Positions 1 through 31,529 of a stretch of DNA of 64,000 bases are shown piece by piece. This DNA comes from Salpingoeca rosetta. Its lineage: Eukaryota; Protista; Choanoflagellata. The notes under the pieces are model-generated. The model made no database searches. It saw only the letters and a program-made list of their open reading frames with translations, and had not been told where the DNA came from. The stretch covers positions 1,221,679 through 1,285,678 of the forward strand of contig JAWQFM010000016.1 in the NCBI GenBank assembly GCA_033442325.1. The letters are read 5' to 3'. Both the position numbers and the translations under genes were made by a program. Position 1 is the first letter of the stretch. The number at the start of each line of letters is the position of its first letter.

Positions 1-15
1 CGCCGTGCGTGCACA

Positions 16-9694
<9,679 letters not shown>

Positions 9695-11259
9695 GGTGAT
9701 GTGCTGTGATGTGATGTGATTTGGTGTATGTGCTGCAGTGCCAGCAACTCCCAAATCACTCAAGCAAGCGGCCACGCGCTTCCTGTAAATTATGACACGG
9801 CACAGGCAACAATAAGGTGTCAACACAGCAGTGCACGGACACCCAGAGCGGGCTCGCTTTGCATGGCTCCAGCATCAACACCAACACCAACACAATACAC
9901 ATACGCAGCCGCCCTACAATTGGCAGCGTTTTGGTTCCTGCACATATCATATCACATCACGCCTCACTCACGTGGTGTGTCTGTCCTTGTGGTTCGATAC
10001 GGCTCACCCAGGTGCGTGACGCAGGCAAAATGGGCTGGTCTCGTCCCCCGTTTCACGGGCCAGGTGCTGTTGTTGCCGCTGCAGGAAGCAAGAACCTTGG
10101 CTGACTCAGACAAGAAGAGGCTGCAGCACTCACTCGTGTCCGTGCGTATGTGTCACCTTTTTTGTGCGCAGCTTGGCTGCTGAAGCAACACAACTGACAG
10201 GAGATGCTGCGTGTGGCTGAGCTGTCTGCCGTGATGTGATGACGGTGTTCGCAAGCTTGCTTTTCTTCCTGCCTTACTTTTCGGTCTGCTTGCGAGTGCG
10301 TTCCTCCTCCCCAACACGCAGGCGCTTGCTGTGCACGCTGTGATGTGACGACGACGACGATAGCTGCTCTTGCTTACGTTGGGTGGTTGGCTTGCGTGTG
10401 TGTGTGGAAGGTGTGTGTGAGCGTGTGCACGTCGTGCGTTGTGGGCGGTGGGTGGTTTTCGTTCCTCCCCGTTGTCGCCTTCGGGGCTTCGTCGTCGCGA
10501 ACGAATTTCAACCAAAAATTTCGATGTTCTTTGGAAGATATTCACAATACGCGGCAGCGATGGCGCGAAGGCTGGGCAGAGGAAAGGTGGGGCAAAGGAA
10601 GGTGTGCTTGTTTGCTTGTGTGATGTGATTTGACTTCGGAGAAACCGAGAAAGGGAGAGCGTCGTGGATGAGTCTCTCTGTCTCTCGCCATCTCTGTCTC
10701 TGTGTATGGACTGTGCTTCTGGTTTTTTGTTGTTGTCAGGTTGTTGTGGGAAACAAGGAGGAGGCAGCAAGGCCTCCCTTGAGTCCCTTTGCCTCTCATT
10801 CATTGCTGGCGTGAATCAACGTGTTGTGCACATGCACACGCAGAAAGAACACTGGAAGACTGGAAGGCTGGAAGGCTGGAAGGCTGGAAGAATGGCACAA
10901 AGGGAGAGAGTAGTGGTGTGGCTGTTGAAAAAAGGCAGCAAGCTGGGAACATGGCCGCTTGCTTGCGGTGAGAAAGAAAGGGAGTAACATAATGTAACGC
11001 AAGCATGGTTAGGTGAACGGAGGAAAGGAAGCTAAGTGAAGTGATGTGACGTGTGAAATGACTATGAGGAAACAAACCGAGCACAGTGAAACGGAGACGG
11101 AAGTCGCACCTGCAACACAAGGTGTGAGGCGGCTTTGACCAAGCTTGGTGCTGAAGGCGTGCAAAGGACAGGATCAATGCGAAGGCGAGAACGCCCGAGA
11201 TCGCATCCATACACACTCACACAGCACACACACACAGCACACACACACACACACACACA

Positions 11260-11304
<45 letters not shown>

Positions 11305-11388
11305 TCACACAGGGCGCTCATGCAAATACACAGAGCGCGCGCACACACACACGAACAAGTTAACACAAGACATGCGCACGTGAAAGAG

Positions 11389-15683
<4,295 letters not shown>

Positions 15684-15844
15684 CCCTGCTGCTGCTTGCT
15701 GGTGCTGACGGCAGAAGGTAAGAGGAGAGAGGACAGTCAAAGTGGCTTCTTGTGGATTTTGTTTTGTTTGTGTTTTTGTGCGAGGGCAAGAAAGTTGTTC
15801 GTGTTTCGCCCAGAACGTTGTGCTTGTGTTTGTCTATTGCTGTT

Positions 15845-15845
<1 letters not shown>

Positions 15846-15921
<76 letters not shown>
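15846..15921 (+). repeat. (TTG)n microsatellite, intergenic/UTR
   Basis: Perfect TTG run. Confidence 0.9.
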
Positions 15922-16505
15922 CATGCGAGCAAGCAGAGGCCCACTTGATCCCTTTGTCTCCACAGCTTGGTTGGTTGTTTGCTTGCAAGCAAGAAGCAAG
16001 AAGCATTTGCACACACAGCATGTACATGTGCATAATTTACAATGAGGAAACACGCCGCCCAAACGGCAGAAAGCGAAGATGCACAGCCACAAAGCAAAGC
16101 AGCAGCGTCATGACAGACACGACGCAACCGTGTCCAAAAAGAACAAACAACAGCGCCGGCAACGGCCAAGAGAACACTCAAACAAACAGGTCAGCAAACA
16201 AACAGGTCAGCAAGCAGCAAGTCAGCAAGCAACGGAATCACAAAGCATACACCGACCCCTGCCATGCATTCTATTACGCATCATCCATGTGCACACACAT
16301 GCTTGGACATTCCACACGCAAAGTCGCCGTGAACAACAACACCACCACCACCACCATCATCACCACCAGTATCATCATAACTATGAACACTACCCCCGCC
16401 ACCTCCCTCACTCACTCCTGCACCAACCCACAGCCGCCGCCCCCCCCCCCAAAAAAAAATACCGCACACGCGACTACTGTACACGACGAAGCAGCGCGGC
16501 AACTC

Positions 16506-20681
<4,176 letters not shown>

Positions 20682-21017
20682 GCTGTTTGTTGTTGTCGTT
20701 CTGTGTGTTTGCTTGGTTATTGGGTGTGCTGTGTTGTGTACACAAAGTGAAGGAATGAGCAGCGCGTCTGGCGTGACAAAGAGTGCCTGGCAACTGCAGA
20801 TGGGCGGAAGGGCAGCGGGAGGACCCAAAAAGTCTTCTTTCTTTGGCAAGAAAGAAGAGAAAGAAAGCTGTGGGAAGGAAGGAGGGTGCGATATTGGTTG
20901 TGTTGTTGTTGTTGTTGTTGGGTCGGGTCGGGCAAAAACACTGGCGGTGGCGTTGTTACGGAAAACAACACCATGAAATGATCATTCTCTGACAAGACTG
21001 AATTCAGTCGAGTGAAG

Positions 21018-21723
21018 ATGCGAGGCGGCGTTGTGTTTGTGTTTGTGGCGCTGCTGCTGCTGTTGTGTGGTGTGGTGGTGCCAGGTGTGCTGTGGCACCA
21101 TGCTGGTGCTGGTGCTGGTGCTGGTGCTGGTGGTTTGATGGGGTGCCATGCGCTGGAATACGATGACTCGGTCATTGCAGACATGGACAAGCTCGCCGCA
21201 GACCTGAAGGTCAGAGAGAGTGTGTGTGGGGGGGGTGTGGGTGGGTGGGTGTGCCTGTGTGTGGTCGTGTGTGCCTGTCTGCGTGTGTGCCTGTCTGTGT
21301 GTGTGTGTGTGTGTGTGTGTTCGCTTGCTGGCTCGCTTGCTGGCTCGCTTGCTGGCTCGCTTGCTGGCTCGCTTGCTGGCTCGCTTGCTGGCTCGCTTGC
21401 TTGTTTGCTTTGCGCTGGTTGTTTTTGTACTGTACTTGGTTTATCACCAACGCGCTGTGTTTGCTTGGCATTCCATGTTCCTCACCCCATGCCCCAACAC
21501 ACACACACACATACATGTACCACATGTTTTCATCCAACAACAGGAGCAGGACGACACGCATGGACACCATGTGCGCCACTTTGAGAAGAAACACCAACAC
21601 ATCATGGCTTCTGCTGCCAAGCTACGCAAGCGCATGGCAAAGATGCAGCAGGAGCGCGAGGAGATGTTCATGAACGCTGCAGAGAAGGTCAAGCGACTGC
21701 GGAAACGAAGGGAAGACCTGTAA
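21018..21723 (+). CDS. Small (123 aa) secretory-pathway helical protein ending in REDL; 2 exons (21018-21209, 21544-21723)
   Basis: Hydrophobic N-terminus MRGGVVFVFVALLLLLCGVVV; phase-0 GT..AG intron; exon 2 EQDDTHGHHVRHFEKKHQHIMASAAKLRKRMAKMQQEREEMFMNAAEKVKRLRKRREDL*. Confidence 0.75.
21323..21400 (+). repeat. 12-bp tandem repeat (GCTTGCTGGCTC) x ~6, intronic
   Basis: Direct tandem copies visible in the intron of the REDL gene. Confidence 0.85.
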
Positions 21724-22466
21724 GACTCCAGTGACCCGACAGTTACTATTCGTGCCGCCACACTCTGCGTCATCCAAGTGCACGACTTCCACAAGCGCGT
21801 CACGCTGTACTCCATTACATAAGTGACATTCTCACACTCCACTTAGTTCTTGAACCCCGTATTATTGTACCTCTTTCTCTTGAACAACAGTTTGTTTGAA
21901 TGGTGGTGACCTTCATACTTGAACCACTGTTACCCTTTTCCACACTTTCACAACAAAGCTCCTGTTCCACTCTCTTGCCCTTCCCCTTCCCTTGCTGTTG
22001 CTGCCGATAACCGCAAACCACGACGGATAAACACATGCACGTACAGTTGATGGACTTGTGTATGAGAGTGTGAGTTGGGGGCGGGTGGGAAGAAAAGGCA
22101 GGGCTGGTGGTTGTGCGCCCAAGAAAGGGAACCAGAATGCACGTGAACCGGCAAGCACCAGAACGAAAACGAGTGCACCAGGGCACTGCGTACGTGCACA
22201 TGCCTTGTAACATTTGCGTGTGTGATCGGAGGGCGAACAGGGTTGTGTGGGGATTGTGGAGGGTTTGTGCTACGGAGAAAGAGGGAGTGGAGAGCACTGA
22301 ATGCAAGAACATGCGTGCGGCCAACACGGGGGGGGGGCAGCACGCTTGTTTGCCAGTGTGACAAGAACGGCGGTGGCTTGAACGAAACACGACACAAACA
22401 GAGGTCAGCGTTGAGGCATTTCGTCGCCAAGATGCGGTGCGCCCCTGCCGCTGCTGGTCGATGACT

Positions 22467-23989
22467 TCACTCGTCGTTCTCGGCCTCGCCAATGAGGCCC
22501 ATGAGAAGGTCGCGGTAGTGGCCGCTCGTCTCCTTCTTGATGGTGCGCGCAAGAGACTTGCCATGCACGCTAGGGTACACCTCCTTGATCTGCTCCATGT
22601 CAACCTGTTACGACGTTCGCCCAAGCGTGGCGCACATGGTGGATGATGAGCATCAACGGGCCAGGCACGTGCGCGTGCATGTGGAAGGATCAAATGCACG
22701 CATCGCTCGCATATGCTTGGGAAACGCCTGCACATACACACCTCTGAGCGGGAGACGATGATGCGCATGAGGGCGAGGTCGTCGGTGCCCAGGCCGTGGC
22801 ACGCCTTGTAGATGCGCGTGGCAAAGTAGCGCGCGGGGTTGCGGGCGCACGACACAATCGCAATCATGCCTGAGCATCACATCACATCACAGCACATCAC
22901 ATCACATACAGCGGTTGACACCGAGGCAGAAGGGGGCCGGGGGTTGAATCAAATGAAATGAATACAACCTGGCGGGACTGACACATTGAAAAACTGACAT
23001 CCACGCGCACACATGAACACATCCACGCATAAACACGCACAAACACGCGCACACATAACACATGATCACACAAAACACATGTGCACGCATGCAGCAAGAC
23101 GCACCGCGAGCAAGGTCCTTCGAGAGACGGCGCTTGAGGGTGTGCGTGATGTCTTTGCCAGACACCTCCAGATATGCGTTGCACGTGGCGCGGATCTGGG
23201 CAGGGCTGCGCAGCGCAAGCACCTGCACCACCACATCGCGGATGGACGGAAGCATACAAGGTGAACATTCCGTGACGCAAGAAACGGTACGGGAGGGGTT
23301 GGGAGTGGTGTGGACGTGGAAACACTGCTGTTGCTGTTCTGTGTCAAGCAACATCACGCAAGTTGCGAACATCTCAACAATACATGGGTGTGCGTGGCAC
23401 TGGTGCGCACAGCCCACCTGGTTGAGTGATGACTCATCGGTGAACCATCCCTTGGTGCTCTTGTGCAGCAGCTTGGCTTCCTTCCTGCGGCGGGCCGTGT
23501 CACAAGCAGAGGGATCAAGTGCAGGGGAGTAGCAGTAGGCAGTGTGTGTGTGTGTGTGTGATGAGGGATTGATATCGGCATGCACACATCATGCACGTGT
23601 GTGCACACACACACACACACGCACAACACACACAGACAATAGCAGCGCTGTGACGACTGACATTGCGAGCTCCTCGTCGACTTCATCAGAGATGTTGCGT
23701 CCACCTTGCAGCAGCGACACGAGAAGGCGCTTGTAGTTGCCGCCCGTCTCGCTGATCACAACCTTCTCAAGGTCCTTGCCATAGCGGCTGTCACACGCGC
23801 ATGGGTGATGGGGAGCTCGTTAGGATGGCGGTGGCAAACATGCACGTGCTGATCTTTCAAGATTGACGGCGACTGCACGCAAACGCACGAGCAAGTGGGC
23901 ATTGGACACCACTACACCATGCACATGTGCAAGCCGCGATGGCTGCCGATTACATGCGCATATGTGCACGTGTGCGTGTGTGTGTCTGC

Positions 23990-24033
<44 letters not shown>

Positions 24034-25952
24034 TGTGTGTCTGCATTGTGTGGTGTGCCATACCGCTTGTAGGCCTCCTTGACGGCAGCAATTTCCTCGT
24101 TGTTGCGGGTGCAGATGATCTCAATCAGCGTGCTGTCCGTTGTGCCCATGCCGGCAACAGCCTGTGACAGTGCAACGCGCAGACAGGAGAGAAAGAACAG
24201 TGTTGGAGAAGGCAATGAGAGGGGTTGCTGTCAGCACACAAACAAACAAACAAACAAACAAACAAACAAACAAACAAACAAACAAAACAAACAATCTCAT
24301 CAAATCACACCTTGTGGATTGACCAGGCGTCGAATTCGGCGGGGCTCTTCATCATGCACTGCACGAGATCGCCCGTCTTCCCGCCAACTTCAGACTTGAG
24401 CGACTTGAGCAGATCCTGGTGCGGCAGTGACATGGTGGTGATGTTGCGGTGTCGATGGTGTTATGTTGTTGTGGTGATGGTCACGTTTGTGTCAGGTGAA
24501 ATGCGAGAAGCAACCCGTGCACATGCGTACGTGTAGCAGTGATAGAAACACAGGACACAAAGTTCAGATGCCTCAGTGGCATTGTGTCGAGGATACACTC
24601 TACTGTGCCGTACCTTTCCGTACATGGTCTTGTACGTGGTGATGAGGGAGCGACGCTGCTCGTTGTTCCCCTTCAGCATCACCTCCACCACCTTGTCTTT
24701 GTCGCAGCCAAACCCGCGCATGGCCTGCAAATTGCGCGGGGGGGGGGAAGGAGTGAGGAAGAGGGGAATAGGGGAAGAGGGAAGAGGGGAAAGCAACGAC
24801 ACGCGTGTGTTTGTATGCATTATGTGGTTGAGCAATTAGGGACAGTCATCAGCCATTTGTGACAACATTCGCGGTCCACACACAAACAACAAAGGCAGCA
24901 ACAATCATGAATCTCATCATCATCATCACCACCACCACCACGAAGAGTCGCTATCACCACCACCACCATCAAGTCCGCACCTTCTTGAGGATGCGGCAGT
25001 TCTCCTCTGCGTCGTAGTCTTCAGCGGCGTGCACGGTGCCGGATGTTGGTGGGAGTGCAACTTCGGGCTCAACCATCGCCTCGCGCACATTCTCAGGCTC
25101 CTCATCCTCGTCCTCCTGATATGACAGGTTGCAGGTGAAGACGGAAGGGGGGGGGGGCATGGGTTGAGAGGGAAGGGCAGGAAGGGAAGGGAAACATGAT
25201 GTGGGTGTGAATGTGTGAATGTGTGTTTGTTGTGTGTTTGTATTCATGTGTGTGATTGTGTGTGATTGTGCGAGTTTGCATGTGCGTGCGTTCGAAAATG
25301 AAAGGAGACGCACAGATCACAAACATATTATGCGCGTGCAAAATGAGAGTGTGCACGTGGTTGGATGACGTTGCACATGTATGAACAAGCAAGCGCTGAG
25401 GGAAGCAGGTGGCAGTGTCGCGTACACCCACGCGTGCAACAAGCGCCCCGCTGATAGCAGCCCATGGGTGTTTCACGTACCGAGTCGGAGTCAGAACCAG
25501 AACCAGAGCCTTCTTCTTCCTCTTCTTCCTCTTCCTCCTCTTCTTCCTCCTCCTCCTCCTCCTCACTCTCGTCTTCTTCACTCTCGTCTTCCTCTTCGTC
25601 GTCGTCCTCAACAGCTTCGATCATCGCCGCAAGCTGCTCTTCCATCTCCTGTCAAGTGCAAGTGCACGCGCACATCACGAACGCGTATGAGAAGGGGCGA
25701 GAGGGTTGAAGCAGTTTATGTGTGTGTTTGAATGTGCGTGTTGAATGTATGTGTTTGAATGTGTTTGAATGTGTGTGTGTGTGTGTGTGTGAATGTGTGT
25801 GTCCGAATGTGTGCGCGTGTGTGTTTGAACATGTGTCTGTGTTTGGAGACATACATATGTTTGTTACACGTGACACCGTACCTCGCGCATGCGTTCCTGC
25901 TCCTCCTGCATCCGCTGGCGCTCTTCCTCCATTGCAGCGCGAGCCTAACGCG

Positions 25953-26019
<67 letters not shown>

Positions 26020-29000
26020 GCGCGCGTGCACACCCATGCATTTGGCTCGTCAGTACTGCGAGGAATAGGAACCAATGTTATAAACAACGCAAGTCCGATG
26101 AGAATGCACACTACCACCACCACCACCACCACCACCTGTTGTCACTGCATGTACCGCTGCAGCCATGAGCACGTGCTCACCTCCTCCATTTCCTCGCGCA
26201 TGCGTTCGACCTCCTCTTCCATCTCGGCGCGCGCGTCATCGTCAAGCCGCTCCGCTTCCTCCTCCTTCTCCGCAACTGCAGCAGATATGCGTGACCGTGG
26301 CGTGTGAATGATGGGGCGTACGCAGGTGAGAGCGTGCACATGTGTGGCGAGTAGCGTGTGTATGTGTAAGCGTGTGTGTGACATGTGAGCTTGTGACATC
26401 AACTGGGTGATTGAGTGTGGAAGATTCAAGCGACAAAGCACCCATGCACATGAGATGCACGGGTCACCTTCGTCGTCGTCAATTTCGTCATCAGAGTCCT
26501 CCATCTCAAGAATGGAGTCAATCACTGCCACGAAATTGCACAACAGCGAGAAAGTGTGAGCACGGCCATACAACTGTGGACTGATGTATATGCGTGCGTG
26601 CGTGCGTGTGTGTGTGTGTGTGTGTGTGTGTACGCGTGCGAGTGTGTTTTGATTGTGATGTGTTGGCACCTTCAGGCGTCGGCTCCTCCTGAAGGCGAGA
26701 TGCGACTGCAAGCATCACACAACCAACACAACATAGGATGGCGTCAGGATGAGTCATCGTGTGCGGGCATGCGTGCACGTACATATGAATGCCGCACACG
26801 ACACAAATAGAGCAAAGCGCTTGCCTTCACACATCCACATGCATGCACTCGTCCCAACCCACTCCCCGGCCCAAGTGAAACATCCCACCCGCTCCCATTG
26901 CACGATATCGCACATTCATCGAGCGCGTTTTCGGCGTCATCATCCACGTCCTCCTCCTGCAGTTGCAGTGATCGGCGGTTGGCAGTGGTAATGGTGATGG
27001 TGGTGGTGGTGGTGGTGGTGGTGGTGAGATGGGGTTGCAAGCGACAACTGATGATAGTGGTAATGGTGATGGTGGTGGTGGTGGTGGTGGTGGTGGTGGT
27101 GAGATGGGGTTGCAAGCGACAACTGATGATAGTGGTGGTGGTGGTGGTGGTGGTGGTGGTGGTGGTGGTGGTGGTGAGATGGGGCTGCAAACGACAACTG
27201 ATGATAATGGTGCATGGCTGTGTATCTCTCACTCCACAGTGTCCGTCAGCAAAGCACCAGTTGCACACAAGGGCCAGCACGTCTACACTGACCATGACAC
27301 GGCGCTTGTGCATGCGATAACGCTTCTGCTGCAGTTTCTGCTGCGCGGCCGCCTGCAGGAAGAGAGGAAACATCGCCTGCATCGCCGCGCTCATGGCAAG
27401 CATTTGCTCCCTGACGTACACACGTGTGTGCGTATGTGCGTGTGAATGCGTGGTGGTTTGCGTGATTGAATGTGTTATTGGTTGTTGCTGAAAGGTGAGC
27501 AACCACTGCGTCCATCATGATCATCACCACCACCTGTGTGCCTTTACAAACCATCATCGCCCTCCCTCTCCACGTTATCGACATCATGTGCACCACGAAC
27601 AAATGTGCGCTTACATGCGATCGTCAGCGCTCATGCCAAGAAGATCGTTGAACTCCGGCGGGGCGGACCGCACCACCTCATCCGCGCTCGGCTCCGGCGA
27701 CCCTGCAGTGGTGGCGGTGGTGGCATGAGTGGTGGTGATAGTAGTGGTGGTGGTGGTGGTGGTGGTGGTGGTGGTGGTGGTGGTGGTGGTGATAGTAGTA
27801 GTAGTAGTAGTGGTGGTGGTGGTGGTGGTGGTGGTGGTGATAGTAGTAGTAGTAGTAGTGGTGGTGGTGGTGGTGGTGGTGGTGGTGGTGGTGGCGGTGG
27901 CGTGAGTTTGGGAGAATAATGAAGGGTGCGGAAGGGACGGCATGGCATGATGTGTCTCGATTGAGCGACTCCATACAGGGGAGTTGTGCTCTCCCATTCG
28001 CAATCCCCATACCACAACACGTCCGGTACCTACGCACATACACACATGCACACACACACACACGCATGCACACACACACACACATACGCATGCACACATA
28101 CGTACACACACATATATACACGCGCACCGAAGTCGTCATCGTCATCGTCTTCGTCCTCCCCATCCATGATGGCCTGCAGACGAGGTGGCAGCTCCTCCTG
28201 TCACGGTGGTGGTGGTGTTGGTGATGGTGGTGGTGGTGTTGGTGATGATGGTGGTGTTGGTGATGATGGTGGTGTTGGTGATGATGGTGGTAATAGTGTT
28301 GGCGCACGAGAACAAGTTCTTGCACACGTGCTACGAACGACACACATGCATGCACACAATGCACACAACACACGCACAAAGTGCACGCACTTCGACGTGC
28401 AGAGCAAACTTGGTGGCGAAGCGAGAATCCTACACGGGTGATGTGATACGCTTGTGTTCATGAGTACACCCGTTCGAGCAACACTCATGCAGGTAAAGTA
28501 TGCTTCCTCTTCACAACCACCAACCGCCACAGGCATCGCAAGCACACAAGCACACAAGCACACAAGCACACGCGCGCACACACACACGCACGCACACACA
28601 CACGCACAAACAAACAAACAAACAAACAAACAAACAAACAAACAAACAAACAAACAAACAAACAAACAAACAAACAAACAAACAAACAAACAAACAAACA
28701 AACAAACAAACAAAACAAACAAACAAACAAACAAACACACACACACACACACAAACAAAACACACCTTCTCCACGGCGCGAACGTTGCCCTTGCTCTGGC
28801 CGAGTGCAAAGGCGCCGCTGGCGTCCAGGATGAGAAAGGACCCGTCGTCCTGCTGCTCAACAGACACGGGGCATCCCGTTGGAGATGCAGTCACCATCGT
28901 GCCTGCAGGCAATCGGTCGAAGTGGGGCGGGGAGGGGGATGGGATTCAAAGAGCAAGGAAGGGTGTTCGTGAGGCCATGCAATTGTGTGCTCGTGTGATC

Positions 29001-31529
29001 GTGTGTTCAGCATGTGTGCATGAGTGCGTGCGTGCACACGCAATGCGTGCATCAGACAGGCAACATCAAGTGTGTTAACAGGCTGCTGACGACTGCAATG
29101 ATGCTGAACATGCGGTGTCATGTAATCGCACCTGCAAAGAAGAGGTACGACTTGTTCTTGATGCTGCACATTCAACACATGAGCACGATGAAGGGGACGT
29201 GGTGAGAACATTCAAACACGTGTGACATAACTTCATCCTCTTGCACAACGCAGTAAATTGCAATTACGCGCACGCTGCACACGCGAGCGTGCTTGCAAAA
29301 AGCATTTGGCATGAGCCTTGTGGGTGCGTGTGCGCTTGACCTCGAACCTCTTCAGGAACATCTGGTCGCCCTTCATCTCCACAACAATGTAGGGCTGCAG
29401 CCCAGCACCGCCTGACACCAGCGTGATTGCAGCAAGCGGGTGGGCACGGTTGTGAATAGTGATGATGACGATGACATGATTGCAACTTGTGATCGAGGTT
29501 GTCATTGTGAATGGTGATGATGGTTGCTGTGATGCATGGTGTACATGCGTGCACGCACCTCGGCAGTCGACCTTCTTCTTCTTCAGGAAACGCAGGAAGT
29601 GCTTGTGGCCCTGTCATATGCAGCACACACACACACACACACACACAACGCACGCGTACGTTATGGCAGATGGGCACACAGAAGCAAGGATACAGGTGAG
29701 CTCACAAATCCGCACGAGGCGATAGCACAAGCGCGCATACACGCACACACATACACATACACGTACACACACACACGTACACACACGTACACACACACGC
29801 ACACACACACGTACACACACACGTACACACACACACGTACACACACGTACACACACACAGCAGCAGAAGGAGGAGGAGTGACAAAGGCGGGAGCGCGGCA
29901 CGATGGCATGCTGGCCGCACCACGGGCGCTGCGCGGAAGACGACGCCGTCATCGAGCTCGACCTCCGGGATGTTGGTCACGGGCACACGGCCAGACTGAA
30001 GGCACAGCACATGCAAACACAGCAAATGTGAATGCACGCAGGCACAGCACACGCAGACATGGGCATGTGTACATGTGGCAATGAGGGGGTGAGGGATGGC
30101 GTAGAAACGTGGTGGGGACGCCAAGACAAAGCATGCAATGGAGAGTGTGTATGGGGACGAGGGGGTTTTGCACACTTCGCTCGACAAACAACACTCAACA
30201 AACAACACTGTACCTTGGTGTACGGCATGAACTTGCAGGCCGCAATGGGACGGCTCTGTGAGCGCAACGCATCACACACAGGTGCATTGCAAGCGGTCCG
30301 TGTGTGAGAGGGAAGGAAATTCAAACCTGCAGCCAAGTTCAGCGCGACACAACCACAACAGGAGCAATGACAGAGTTGATGGCAGGAGGGACAACTCACG
30401 GCACGGAGCATGATGGCCTTTCGACCAACGGCGCAGAGGTAGCGCCGGCCACCAGGGTTGGTGAAGGCAACATAGCCTGAGCACAGCCCGTTTCAGGTGA
30501 ACAGAAGATGAGTAAGGGTCAAGGAGCGTGAGTAGCGGTGAGGGTGAGCGCCAGTGGTCGTGAGCGAAGGTGAACGGTCGTGGGCAACGCTGAGAGCCAA
30601 GGTGGATGGAGATGATAGGTGCTGGGTCATCAGCACATCGCAGGATGCCGTCTCTCGCAACATTGTCGCATCATATCACTGGCATGAGCATGGCCTCCCT
30701 CCCCCCAACACGGATCACACACCGTTGCCGGCATCCACCATCTTGAGCTGGCGCTCGCAGTCGACGCGGGGCCGGCCGCCACGCACACCGACCATCACGC
30801 CAGCAAATTCACTGTGGCACGAACACAGCGACACGAGCAAGAAGCAAGTAGGTGAGAACCAGTGCAGCACTTGTGAGTGTGTGCTTGTGAGTGTGTGTGT
30901 GTGTGTGTCAAACAGAATACTTTGACATTTGAACATCGTGGCATATGAACACCTTGGCATATGCACCCTTTGAACGCTGAGCACATTGCGCGCACTGTGG
31001 CCACGCTACTGCACGTACGACAGGCGGGCTCAGCGTACCCACAATCTAACCCTTCCCAGGAGAACCTCAAGCACACTGTCACACCACACCTCACCGCCAA
31101 CGGAAAGCACGAAAGACGCAACAAATACCACACACGCACTTGATGAGGTTGATGCCTTCGTCTGGTTCGCCGGAGACGGAGAACCAGACCAGCTTTCCTT
31201 TGCCGCCTTTCACGTCAACTTTTCCCTGGCGGTTCACACGCAGAGCCTTCTTGGAGGTCTGCAAAAGAAGAAGGGTAGGCAAAAAAAAAACCACGCAAGG
31301 CCAGGCAGACCACACCAATCGTCATGTAAACAAAACGGCAACCCACGCCCACCTCTGCCTGCTCCAGTTCCTTTCGTTGTTTGCACGACCCTACACCACT
31401 CGTCCCACACGTTTGAGAACCAAAACAAACCCGTAACAAACCCACCCCACAGCACGCCGCACCACAGCACACCTTGCATACGAAGCGAAGGCTCTCCTCG
31501 AGGTTGCACAACTCCTGAAGCGTGGGCAT
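22467..31529 (-). CDS. Annexin with a very long N-terminus: two fascin-like beta-trefoil units + acidic/coiled-coil linker + 4-repeat annexin core (~29 exons)
   Basis: Annexin core (22467-25115): [66 protein letters not shown]...[17 protein letters not shown]. Upstream exons join in compatible phase, without a stop, back to ATG 31529 ([19 protein letters not shown]). Annexin identity is certain; the fusion rests on manual splicing. Confidence 0.8.
26987..27204 (+). repeat. Three-copy composite minisatellite: (GGT)n + GAGATGGGG(T/C)TGCAA(G/A)CGACAACTGATGATA, intronic
   Basis: Three near-identical units of about 70 bp with variable GGT tract length. Confidence 0.85.
28607..28735 (+). repeat. 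(AAAC)n tetranucleotide microsatellite, intronic
   Basis: Long AAAC run; similar runs at ~19275-19323 and ~24239-24292. Confidence 0.9.

Noticed and set aside
26987-27204. Regularly spaced ~33-bp repeats resembling a CRISPR array
   Set aside because: The spacers are just (GGT)n, the locus is a eukaryotic intron and there are no cas genes; it is a minisatellite.
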